A DNA stretch of 64,000 nucleotides from Mytilus californianus. Lineage: Eukaryota. The DNA lies in NCBI RefSeq assembly GCF_021869535.1, contig NW_026262692.1, positions 1,736,001 to 1,800,000 on the forward strand. Reading direction: 5' to 3'. Positions 1-11,237 of the stretch are shown piece after piece. Each line of letters opens with the position of its first letter. The stretch's first letter is position 1. The notes beneath the pieces are model-generated. The model was not told the DNA's origin and did not search any database. It worked only from the letters and a program-made list of their open reading frames with translations. Made by a program: the position numbers and the translations under genes.

Positions 1-1439
1 AATTATAACCAATCAACAGAACTAGTACACATTTTTGTTTAGGGGCCAGCTGAAGCCTGCCTCCGGGCGCGGGATGTTCTCGCTGTGTTTAAGACCCATT
101 GGTGACCTTGGGTTGTTTTTTTTTTTTTGTTATTTGGTCGGGTTGTTGTCTCTTTGACACATTCCCCATTTCCATTCTCAATGAATCAATTGATACCATT
201 TTGTTTACTTCATACATGATTGGACTTTCTTTAACTGCTGGCTAGAAAATTTGTCCACAAACATGTACGACTATCGTAATGATTTCAGATTATGTAATGG
301 ATGTGGTTTGCGTAGTCTCCCTTTTAAAGTTCCAGATTAGTATTTTCTTTATCAAATGTTTAATTTAGTTTTAATTTCATTTAAACATACTATAATACAA
401 AAGAGCTTTATTATTAACTATAAAAGTATTCAAATTTCATATTACTTTATAAATTGGATGATTATTCATTTATTTGATATTTCTTCAATACCATATATTT
501 ATTTATATCTTTGGAGTGATAAGTTTTTCATTAAAGTGAGAACAGAAGTTGCTTCTGTAGGGACAAGTTTACTTTTCATATCAATGTAAAAGCTGGCAGT
601 ATACTACCATTTTTCTCTTATAACAATACAGGAATCTAATTCAATTGTGCAATTTCGCGCCTTAAATTTACAGAATTTGTTTATGCATTTGCATAACTTT
701 TTCCGTATGAATAGCTATCGAATATACGGAATTATGACGTAACAATTCTTTGAAAACGCAAATACAGACTTTACAGAATTTTAATTACGTTTATATATGT
801 GCAGAGTTCGAATTACGTTATACAGGGAATTATTTATACAGATTATCATCAAACTATTTTCAACAAATTAGGCGGGGTCAAAATATGATTTGCTTTATAA
901 AATACAGAATATATATTGGAAATTTGTGTGGCTCCAATATGGCCAAATCTGACCCGTCAACTTAGGAATTAGGTGGGGGACTCTGCGTCTCATTTAAAAC
1001 AACCTACAACTATAAAAAAAAAATCTTAAATTTGCTTAAAAGTGAGGCAAACTGATGCATTTTATTAACGTAACATATATAAGGGGGTATTCTACTGGGG
1101 CCCCGTATTGTCATGCATTAACACACATTGTACATTTTACAGATATTGTCAATAATAGTAGTATTTGTTTTCTTCAATATTCGCATTTTGAAATTGACAT
1201 TCAGCATCAAACGCATTTTAAGAGACATTGACGCTAGTCTCCTCCAAAATTAAAAAAAAAAAAATCTATGCATTATAGTGTTATGCACAATCAGTTTGAC
1301 TCAATAGTTTTTCTTGACTTAACCAATGAATGGTAGATAAACCAAGCGTTTGTCAAGGAGAAAGGAAACCATTTGACAAAGACACATGCGGGACAAGAAA
1401 GACACAGTGTCTTAGATACATGATTTTTTTTATAAGTTG

Positions 1440-1985
1440 TTATTGTAACTAGCTGTCAGTAACTGCGAGTACTCTCAGATCTGTACTTTGTGTTTTGTTG
1501 TTGTTGTAGTGAGGGATGTATAAATACCCTGCCACATCCGGTCTGTCTTTTTGTTAGATATTTTTTGCTTTGTATCGATCTGATGAGTTAAGCCCTGATT
1601 TGTATAGTTTGCTCTTATGTTGTACTGTTACACCACTGTCCAAGGTTGGGGATGGTTGGCGCCTTCAAACATGAAACATGCTTAACCCCGCCTCATTCTT
1701 TAAGTGCCGTCCCAAGTCAGGAGTCTGTAGTTCAGTGGTTGTCGTTGGTTCATGTCTGTCATATTTGTTTTTTGTAACTTGTTATAAATTAGGCCGTTAG
1801 TTTTCTCAATTGAATTGTTTCATATTTTTCATGTCGGGACCTTTTATAGCCGACTGTACGGTATGGGTTTTTTCTCATTGTTGAAGGCTGTACGGTTGTC
1901 AATATTTGCTTACATCCACTTCATTTGAAATTTGATTGATAGTTGTCTCATTGGCAAGCATACCACATCTATTTATTTATATATT
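1440..1985 (+). mobile_element. Abundant interspersed repeat family ending GGAGAGTTGTCTCATTGGCAATCATACCACATCTTC; this copy and 29340-29870 are long ones
   Basis: Further copies at about 10280-10345, 10580-11140, 17870-17950, 19500-19780, 21440-21570, 22565-22720, 24945-25160, 31765-32055, 41010-41250, 41960-42205 and 45500-45740, in both orientations. Confidence 0.8.
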
Positions 1986-2089
1986 CCACAAGTACAAACA
2001 ATAGTAAAACTAGTAAAATCAACGTATATATATTGACCTCAATTGGATTTTGTTTTGTTATGATTGTTTTTCACCAAAATATAAAAATG

Positions 2090-2490
2090 ATTGATTGATT
2101 GTTGGTTGCTTAATGTCCAGTGGCAAATTTTTCATGCATGTTCAGGACGAGAACAAATTAACAATCTTGTAATAGAGGGCGTCCGGGATGAAGGTCGGGG
2201 AAATTTAGACTGCCACTGGAAAATGAGGGTATATTGGATAGGGATAGAAATTTCACCTTGCAACAGGCCACTTATGGACCCTTCAAAGAGGTGTTGCAAG
2301 GGTTCTTGGCGTGCAAAGAGCGTGGCATCGAATTTAACGTCCCCATTCTGACCGGACGTGGCTGCGTACTTGATACACCCCGCACAGCCAAACAGACGCC
2401 CAACTTTGGCAAGGGTTTTACTGCCGGTCGGAAGAAGACCTGTGATGACCATATTTCTATTCCCAAGTCACCCTTGGGGGGTATAAAATG
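2090..2490 (-). mobile_element. SINE-like element with Deu/Nin-like central domain and (AATC)n tail; partial second copy at about 16995-17120 (plus strand)
   Basis: The minus strand ends ...GCCACTGGACATTAAGCAACCAACAATCAATCAATCA. The central GGGGACGTTAAATTCGATGCCACGCTCTTTGCACG is shared with 17040-17105. The overlapping short ORFs here are an artefact of higher GC. Confidence 0.55.
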
Positions 2491-3131
2491 AAAAAGAACC
2501 CCATTGTGATACATACAGCCATGCATTAAGAATAATGACCCGTGATTGTTCTGACTTAAGTGGTTATAGAGGCTCGTTTACATGTTTACAATAAAAGAAT
2601 ATACGCTGAGTTTACGAAAAATTACCCTGTTTCTCCTATTTTTTTTTTTACTTTCAGGAAAAATGTAACACTTCCGCTACAAAATTAGATAAAACCTAGT
2701 TGAGTGATACAAGGGGTTGAAAGTGTTACAACCAAATGGGGACGGTAGGGTTATCCAATTTTGAAATATTTATTTATGTAGTTAATTGTGGTAAAACCTC
2801 ACTCCCTTTATACAAAAGGAGGGAAACCGAAGATCTAGTAAAAGGAAAGTAAATCAAGAGACAAAAACAAAACCGGGGACTAGGACAGCACAGAATGACA
2901 ATGGACACACAAACGCCGAAATATAAAGACAAATAAAATACCCGATCCGTTTAAAGGAAAAGGGGGCAAGGATAAGGACTCAACATTGCAATATGCATGT
3001 ATATCAACTCTAAGGCACTGAGACAAATGTCTCGCATCAGAAAAATAATCGGAATCTAAACGGACAACCACAAATATTATCGAGAACAGAGATGGTCTTT
3101 TGTAGAAAATTACCCATACACTTGAGACAGA

Positions 3132-3278
3132 TGGAATGTCGGAATAACATGAATAATGAGCTGTCGGAATAACGGGATGTCGGAGTAATTGGCTGTCGGA
3201 ATAATGGGATGTCGGAATAATGGGCTGTCGGAACAATGGGATGTCGGAATAATGGTTGTCGGACTAACAAGATGTCAC
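3132..3278. repeat. 16-bp minisatellite (GGG[A/C]TGTCGGAATAAT), about 8 copies
   Basis: Direct reading of the tandem units. Confidence 0.9.
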
Positions 3279-4218
3279 CATTCCACTTGAGTTAATATTC
3301 AGCAACTACATTGGCATTATTTTTATACAATTTACTAAATTCTACAACACAACGCGAAGTATATAATTACATTTACATTTTCTTTTTAAACTTAAAGTTT
3401 GATTTCATTTGATTTAAAAGACTTTTCCTTTTAGTTTCATTTGCGAACTATTACTATTTCATTACATTTCGTTTTTGAACTTAACTTTTGAAATACTATT
3501 CTCTTTCATTTCATTGAATTGTTGAGTTCTTTTGATTTATGTCTTTGTTCGGCCAAAATCTGATATCAGGTATCCCGAGGATTGAATAGGGACGAAGTAC
3601 TAGCCACTACACATCCCAGGAGGGGTCGACACCGACCCCCTCCCATTACAATTAATATACCATAGAGGGTTTATTACCCGATCAAATATCACCACAATAA
3701 TTAGATTGTACTTTTTTTCACAGTAAGATTAAACTGTCCAGTATATAAATATTTCATTGAAATTCAATTATCCTAATTAACAAAACCCAGTATATTGTAC
3801 TAATAATTACTCAATGACATCTTTTTTGCATTTTGTCTCTGGTGGAAAGTTGTCATTGACAATCATCTCACGGTTTCATCAAATCAATTTATTTTCGTTT
3901 TTGAGATAAAAAAAATCAATCGACAGGTAAATGGTTAACGGATAGTTATCTATTGTCAAGTTTTTATTACTAATTGTTTCTTTCTATACTGTAACATTAA
4001 TACAATGTAAGTGATTTACGAACAATTTCCGAAGAACCCAACGACATACTGCTTTATAAGTATACTGGTTCCCTGTCCTTTATCTGTTTGGCTCTGACAT
4101 ACCCGTAGGTTGCAAGGAGAGGACCAGCCTACTTTATAAGTATCATAACAAGTTCGTCTTCTCTTTAAAAGATCAAAATGCTTCTAAATATTCCAGTTAA
4201 ATTTGATAGTCTAAAGGT

Positions 4219-4928
4219 GTAACACTCTCTCAAGTCGTTCGTTCGTTTGTCCGTCCGTAACACTCTCTCAAGTCATTCGTTCGTTTGTCCGTCCGTAACA
4301 CTCTCTCAAGTCATTCGTTCGTTTGTCCGTCCGTAACACTCTCTCAAGTCATTCGTTCGTTTGTCCGTCCGTAACACTCTCTCAGGTCATTCGTTCGTTT
4401 GTCCGTCCGTAAAACTCTCTCAAGTCATTCGTTCGTTTGTCCGTCCGTAACACTCTCAAGTCATTCGTTCGTTTGTCCGTCCGTAACACTCTCTCAAGTC
4501 ATGCGTTCGTTTGTCCGTCCGTAACACTCTCTCAAGTCATGCGTTCGTTTATCCGTCCGTAACACTCTCTCAAGTCATTCGTTCGTTTGTCCGTCCGTAA
4601 CACTCTCTCAAGTCATTCATTCGTTTGTCCGTCCGTAACACTCTCTCAAGTCATTCGTTCGTTTGTCCGTCCGTAGCACTCTCTCAAGTCATTCGTTCGT
4701 TCGTCCGTCCGTAACACGTGCACTCCGTTCGTAACATTCTCTCAAGTCATTCGTTCGTTTGTCCGTCCGTAACACTCTCTCAAGTCATTCGTTCGTTTGT
4801 CAGTCCGTAACACTCTCTCAAGTCATTCGTTCGTTTGTCCGTCCGTAACACTCTCTCAAGTCATTCGTTCGTTTGTCCGTTCGTAACACTCTCTCAAGTC
4901 ATTCGTTCGTTTGTCCGTCCGTAACACT
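4219..4928. repeat. 37-bp minisatellite (GTAACACTCTCTCAAGTCATTCGTTCGTTTGTCCGTCC-like), about 19 copies, in intron 1 of the left Kv gene
   Basis: Direct reading; highly homogeneous units with one interruption near 4711-4735. Confidence 0.95.
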
Positions 4929-6520
4929 TATCTGTTGCATTGTCTCACCAACTACACATCAGAGATTTGTTTTATATTTGTCACTTACTTATAAAAAGCT
5001 ATATAGTTTGACGCATTCTCATAGTATTTACTTGTCTACTTTCTATTTGCTGCATTATATGTGTATTTTCTTCACATGGGTGCATCTAAGATTAATTTGT
5101 GTGACCATTTTCTCAGCAACTGCAAATCAAAGTTCATCGATGTTTTAGTACCATGCGTCAGATTGGTAATCATATCGATTGCCACGTTTGTAATTCGTCA
5201 CCTTTTTACTTTTCTTTGCGCAATAGAATTATCAAAAAGGGAAAAGTTGTATAATTTCCATATAGATAACTATTCATTCAACAACAAACTTTAAGAACAA
5301 CACTGTGAATGATTACACTTGTAGTTCCTTCTTCAACAATAGAAATTAAAAAAAAAAAACAAACACTTGAATAGTAAGTGACGATCTGTATCAGCTTTGT
5401 TTTTACTAGGAAATGGATTAATATAATTTAACAGCTTGTTTCTGGATCCTAATTATAATGCAATTGAAATAATAATAATGTTAATGCCAAATTGAGAGTA
5501 TTATTTATCTTGAATTTAATTCATAAAAGATGTTTACACATTTCTATACTTCTATCGTTGCATTGTTTTCAGCAACTAAAATATAGCTTCTGCTTGGGTT
5601 ATTTTATTGGGTGAAACTTTTTTATTCCGTTCCTTATTTACCTCCTGTTAGATATGTACTTCATGTTGGTGCTCTTATAAGAAATAGTCGTCACAATGTT
5701 CTAAGCAACTACAGAGCAGAGCTTCTTGATATCTGGAACCAAGCTTCATATTGCTCATTGCATATTATTATATGAAGGATTTAGTTAATTACTTGATTAA
5801 TAGAATATAGTTTTTTCTCGGACTTGACCAGACTTTTTTAAGCTCCAAAAATAATTGACATTTGTGTTTTGATAGACTTTCTTGCAATATTGAAAAAATG
5901 GTTTCTAATAATAGGAAGTCCAATAATCAGATGGACTGACAATTTAGCTGAAGTACACATGCTAGACGCTGATATTTAACTGGATTTATAAATTGTTTTT
6001 TCTATTTTTTTTATGGAGTCCTCTAGGTAACCAGTACATAATAGGGACAATGTGATTTTCAATTGACGCTTGAGGTTGTTAAGTTATCAACTCTATGTTG
6101 TGTCCTTCTTTGTGGTTTGGTATACAGTACCTTATTGCACGCAAAAGAAAGTGCATAAAAATATTGTTTTTATCCTGAGATAAACATCCGGCACTTTCAA
6201 CTTTAGTTAAATCCAAATAGCTGTCCCGGATTTTTTTTTAAAGAATCGACATAGTTTAAACGCGGACCGCAAAGAGGTCCCGAAAATAAATAGTTACACA
6301 AAAAATTCCCGCCCTTCATCTGATCCCTACATGGTACATTGAAGAACATACATGTAGTGTTAACTGAATTAATTGTTATATTTTCTGACCCGGAATTTGC
6401 ATGAAATACTCGCAGATGGACGTTGATCAAGCAAGAAACAATTACACACTACATCTTCTTGTATCAAATATACATTATTATAAAAATTACTGCAGCACTA
6501 ATTTTAGATAACAGTTTTAC

Positions 6521-6997
6521 CTTGGCTAACATAGAAGAAGTTGGATATTCCATTACAGACCACACTCTTGCTTGAATAGAGCTCCATCCGTGTCCTCTGG
6601 CCATTGCAGCTACTTTTTCAAACACAAAATTTCTTTTACATTCCCCTTCTTCTAAAACTTTCAAAATGTTTAAGTTATCAAAGTACGAAACATACTTAGT
6701 GAAGCAACACGATTCTAAGGTAGTTTCTGGTAAACCCCAAAATTCAAGTTCTTCATTGAACTTCTGTGGACATATGTCTTCTGGCATATGTAATTTTCCT
6801 CCATTAAAATAATCAAAGATGTTGTTGGTAGACGAAGTGTGTCTATTAATACGAAAGTCCATACAATTAGAATCATCCTTTATTGTTGCTATGATATGGT
6901 CTGCAGCATCAGAGTTAGTTTCACGAATTCTTCCTAAAAGTTGGTCAGATAATTCGTGTCTTACACCTCTATTTGAAATGTAGCGTGTTTTCTCCAT
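6521..6997 (-). CDS. First coding exon of a divergent voltage-gated K+ channel (non-Shaker Kv2/Kv3-like T1 domain through pre-S1), left copy
   Basis: ATG at 6997, donor AAG|gtaaaa at 6521; 159 codons. GKLHMPEDICPQKFNEELEFWGLPETTLESCC carries the HX5CX20CC zinc motif of non-Shaker T1 domains; pre-S1 motif RVWSVMEYPTSSMLAK. Transmembrane exons not found in the window. Confidence 0.85.
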
Positions 6998-8224
6998 TTT
7001 TTGATACACTTTCTTATAGAACTATATCAAGCGTACATATTGAAACAGTAAATTAGCCATCTAAAAGTATTTAACTTTATCTATTTTTTTTAAAGATGTA
7101 CGTTATAGTTTCACAGTTTACCGACAGAGTGTATTATAATAAAAACTGAGATCCTATAGTTTATATAGAAAAACATTCATCAGTTTCTGGCATAACAATA
7201 TTCTAAGTCATCAATTAATCATCAAGTAGTAAGTAATTAAACTATTAAAACTTGTAAACTTCCATCTCAATATAGCAAACACAAGTATACTAATATTAAT
7301 ACATGGACAATGAACAATATATTCGCAGTTACAATCGTCAGTTTAAGTTTATATAATGGATTATCTAACCGGAAGTTCCGATTGAGGACAATGTTATATA
7401 TGATCAGAAGTATTGATTAATTTGAAATAATCATGTTCTTTGAGGACACTAAACAATTTGTTTTTGTTTTCATGAATTATTAATATTTAACATTTAAATG
7501 GACTTTCAAATATCCCAGGCAGAACTCAGATTGTTAATTTCAAATGAATAGACAAGAAATCTTCTGTAGCCTGAAACGAACAAAATAATTATGCAATCAC
7601 AATTAGCTTTGATATCTTGAACTGTACGCAATACGATACATTGCATGTATTATTTTGTCTTTCAAATCATAGATACAGTCTTCAGTTCAAATAGAAATAG
7701 ATAACATATGCTATGAGAATATGAGAATATGAAAGCGAATGTAATTTAATATTTAAGCTTATTGGATTTATTTCTATTAGCTATGCAAAGACAAAAAAAA
7801 AAAAAAAAAAAACATTTGGTGGAGGAAAGAGGAGGGACGGGAAGTAAGAGGGTTTAAAGTGAATTTGTATTCTTCTCTACAAACTGCAATAATTAATTGT
7901 ATACAAATTCGAGAATACCACTGTGGTAAATGTCGGCTACCTAGCAATGAGTGAATATATATTTTAATTAAAAGAAGCAGTAATGCATTTTATCAATATA
8001 TAACTCAGTGAAAAATGTTAAAATGGACTAGCATTTGTTTGGACAAAACGTTGCATCGGTGTAAACTATTCAACATTGACTTTATGATTTCTTCAGTCAG
8101 ATATCATTGAATTATTCGTTAATATACATATTCCATCTTCATGCCTTAAATATCATGTAGTGGGTACGACGCTAGAAAAAAAACTGAAGAGGAAAGGTAA
8201 CACCCGGCCACCGAAAGCTTGATT

Positions 8225-8398
8225 TCTGTCGAGCCTAGGTGGTCGATTGTGCTAGCGCGCCGGGCATAGTGCAAGACGATTTGGTGACACGATATCTCAG
8301 TAGCACGAATTCGAATCCCGGCCAGGGAAGAACAAAAATTTGCTTCCGTAAATTTACAGATCTAACATTGTTGGGCTGTTATTTTAGACGAATTATAT
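8225..8398 (+). mobile_element. tRNA-derived SINE
   Basis: A-box-like TGGTCGATTGTG at about 8240 and B-box-like GAATTCGAATCCC at 8307-8319, followed by a non-tRNA body and an (AT)n tail. Confidence 0.6.
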
Positions 8399-8499
8399 AT
8401 CCGGATATGGTATACAAATTTTCGCACCTGATGTTTGCGGTATACCATCTTTTCCGCAAGTTTATTGTTTTCTGTTTGGTAATAAATAAATAATAAGAT

Positions 8500-9008
8500 C
8501 AAAATTCAAGAGTCTATTCTAAATTGAGGTAATTTATATGTCCTTCCAAATACTGTTTCGATCCCTAACATCACTGAAAAGACATTAATTGTCGAAATCC
8601 GGATATGGTGTACAAATTTTTGCACCTCATGTTTGTGGTATACCTTCTTCTCCGCAAGTTTATTGTTTTCTGTTTAGTATTAAATTAATAATTAAGATCC
8701 ATGTTACATCTCGTGATCAATTTATTTGGCAATCTGTCAATGGCAGTAAGAAGGGTTTACGAACATCAGTTGGACCTGTTAGTCAAAATCCGATTTGTTA
8801 AAATATACTTTTCACTTTTTTGGTCTTTATTACCAAACAGAAAACAATAAACTTGCGGAAAAGATGGTATACTGCTACATGAGGTGCAAAAAATTTGTAC
8901 ACCATATCCGGATTTCGACAATTAATGTCTCTTCAGTGATGTTAGGAATCGAAACGGTATTTGGAAGGCCATATAATTTACCTCAATTTAGGATAGACTC
9001 TTGAATTT
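8500..9008. repeat. Fold-back of two ~180-bp inverted copies of a hammerhead-bearing repeat (about 8500-8680 and 8830-9008), plus a third truncated direct copy at about 8399-8495
   Basis: The reverse complement of 8830-9008 aligns to 8500-8680 with few mismatches. The left copy's hammerhead (8569-8610, plus strand) reads CTGAAAA, a G8A change. Confidence 0.85.
8900..8941 (-). ncRNA. Minimal type I hammerhead ribozyme motif (PLE-type) with intact core
   Basis: Minus strand reads CATCA-CTGAAGA-GAC-ATTAATT-GTC-GAAA-TCCGGA-TA-TGGTG. Stem I CATCA/TGGTG (5 bp, one G-U); core CUGAAGA...GAAA; stem II 3 bp; short stem III capped by palindromic UCCGGA; cleavage triplet AUA. Confidence 0.7.
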
Positions 9009-9289
9009 TAAAGAGTCGAAAAATAAGATGAACGGATCATATAAACCCGAAGGCAAATATAATAAATTCCAAACGAAAAAATATAAATAAGTCTAAATTG
9101 AAAACAACGTTCAAACTTATGATTGCGTTGGATAAAAACCGCAATTTTTATACGTGTGCATGCAAAACAAATTTCTTGGTAGAAGGGTCTAAATACAGCA
9201 CAGACAACATTTTCCAAAAGACCAAAAAAAGAGAAAAGTATATTATAGTTACGATACTTTTGTCAGGTCATTAAAGATTGCATATTTTG

Positions 9290-9975
9290 GCGTTAATATT
9301 GATTCACCTATAGGGTCTTTGCATCGGCACTAAACACATTTATTTAAAAACCAGTTGTTGGCATGACACGGGTTATGTTCTTCTCATATATGTTATGATG
9401 GTATGATACTAAACCCCTAACGGGAAGGATTGTGCCTGATATTCATATGATGAAGACATAATCTTTCAATCAGTTTAATTGAAGTCTGGAGCTGGCATGT
9501 CAGTTAACTGCTAGTAGTCTGTTGTTATTTATGTATTATTGTCATTTTGTTTATTTTCTTTGGTTACATCTTCTGACATCAGACTCGGACTTCTCTTGAA
9601 CTGAATTTTAATGTTCGTATTGTTATGCGTTTACTTTTCTACATTGGCTAGAGGTATAGGGGGAGGGTTGAGATCTCATAAACATGTTTAACCCCGCCGC
9701 ATTTTTGCGCCTGTCCCAAGTCAGGAGCCTCTAGCCTTTGTTAGTCTTGTATTATTTTTAATTTTAGTTTCTTGTGTACAATTTGGAGTTTAGTATGGCG
9801 TTCATTATCACTGAGCTAGTATATATTTTTGTTTAGGGGCCAGCTGAAGGATGCCTCCGGGTGCGGGAATTTCTCGCTGCACTGAAGACCTGTTGGTGAC
9901 CTTCTGCTGTTGTCTGTTCTATGGTCGAGTTGTTGTCTCTTTGACACATTCCCCATTTCCATTCTCAATTTTATT
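9290..9975 (+). mobile_element. Long copy of an abundant bivalve-type non-autonomous interspersed repeat ending ...TTTGACACATTCCCCATTTCCATTCTCAATT; other copies at about 20-185 (+) and 21050-21150 (-)
   Basis: The 3' block TTTGTTTAGGGGCCAGCTGAAG...CCATTCTCAA is near-identical at 35-182 and 9828-9968. Confidence 0.75.
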
Positions 9976-10625
9976 TTATTGTATATATATATGCTGTCCA
10001 TAGAAGTTATAGATGTTATAATATATGTTTTTATTACTGTCCCACCCGTATCAACCAAAAATGAAAAATGTGGGTTGATAGGATATGTGATATTGAAAAA
10101 TCCGTGTAATATAAACTTTATTATGTGTTAAAAACAATTAATGTTGCTGTTGGAATTTGATAAAGCTTGTACAGCCATGATTTCTATCGATAATCAATGA
10201 TGACTGGTACATGTACAGAACGATTACCATTGAATGTATAACATATTAAACTAACCTGTAACTATTACCAATATAACAAAAGAAGATGTGGTATGATTGC
10301 CAATGAGACAACTCTCCACAAGAGACCAAATGACACAGAAATTAAAGAACAAGTATTTAATAAAGATAAACTATTCACACCATAATATCATCAGTATAAA
10401 ATAATATAAAATCAAAACAACAGAGAATTTCCCGCAATATAAAACAGAATTCCTAAATTATTCGAATCATTTTCTTTACAATTAGACAATAGCTGTTCAA
10501 GTATAAAACAAGATAGTAATAAGGTTTAACATACGTCTTTCCTATTATTTAAAAAATTGATCCATTATGATTTCTAAACATATAATCTGATGTTCAGTAG
10601 TTGTCGTTTGTTGATGTGGTTCATA

Positions 10626-11237
10626 AATGTTTCTCGTTTCTCGTTTTTTATATAGATTAGACCGTTGGTTTTCCCTTTTGAATGGTTTGACACTAGTCAT
10701 TTTTGTGGCCCTTTATAGCTTGCTGTTCGTGCTTGAAGAACGTACTTTGACCTATAATGGTTAACATTTATAAATTTTGACTTAGATGGAGAGTTGTCTC
10801 ATTGGCACTCATACCACATCTTCTTATATCTATAGATATGGTGTTCCTTAACACAATTCCTTTCAAATGGTATGATTTCAATCATGGGGTCATCGAAATC
10901 ATTTTTTATGTATTTACTTTTAGTTAAAGATAATGTTTCTCGTTTCTCGTTTTTTATACAGATTAGACCGTTGGTTTTCCCATTTGAATGGTTTTACACT
11001 AGTCATTTTTGTGGCCCTTTATAGCTTGCTGTTCGTGCTTGAAGACCGTACTTTGACCTATAATGGTTAACTTTTATAAATTTTGACTTAGATGGAGAGT
11101 TGTCTCATTGGCACTCATACCACATCTTCTTATATCTATAGATATGATGTTCCTTAACACAATTCAATTCAAATGGTATGATTTCAATCATGGGGTCATC
11201 GAACTCATTTTTTATGTATTTACTTTTAATTAAAGAT
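10626..11237. repeat. 306-bp tandem duplication (repeat 3' end plus flank)
   Basis: 10626-10931 and 10932-11237 are near-identical. Confidence 0.9.

Noticed and set aside
1575-1600. CTGATGAG motifs as hammerheads (also at about 13581)
   Set aside because: No stem II closing onto GAAA and no stem III or NUH site.
2091-2526. Cluster of four overlapping 84-106-aa ORFs
   Set aside because: They lie within a GC-richer SINE that recurs at about 17040; no domain motifs and no splice logic.
4219-4928. CRISPR-like appearance of 37-bp repeats
   Set aside because: The units are contiguous with no unique spacers, and the context is eukaryotic; this is a minisatellite.
1-6520. Downstream transmembrane exons (S1-S6, GYGD pore) of the Kv genes, also sought in 59301-64000
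   Set aside because: No pore or S4 motif was found on the expected strands; these exons presumably lie outside the window.
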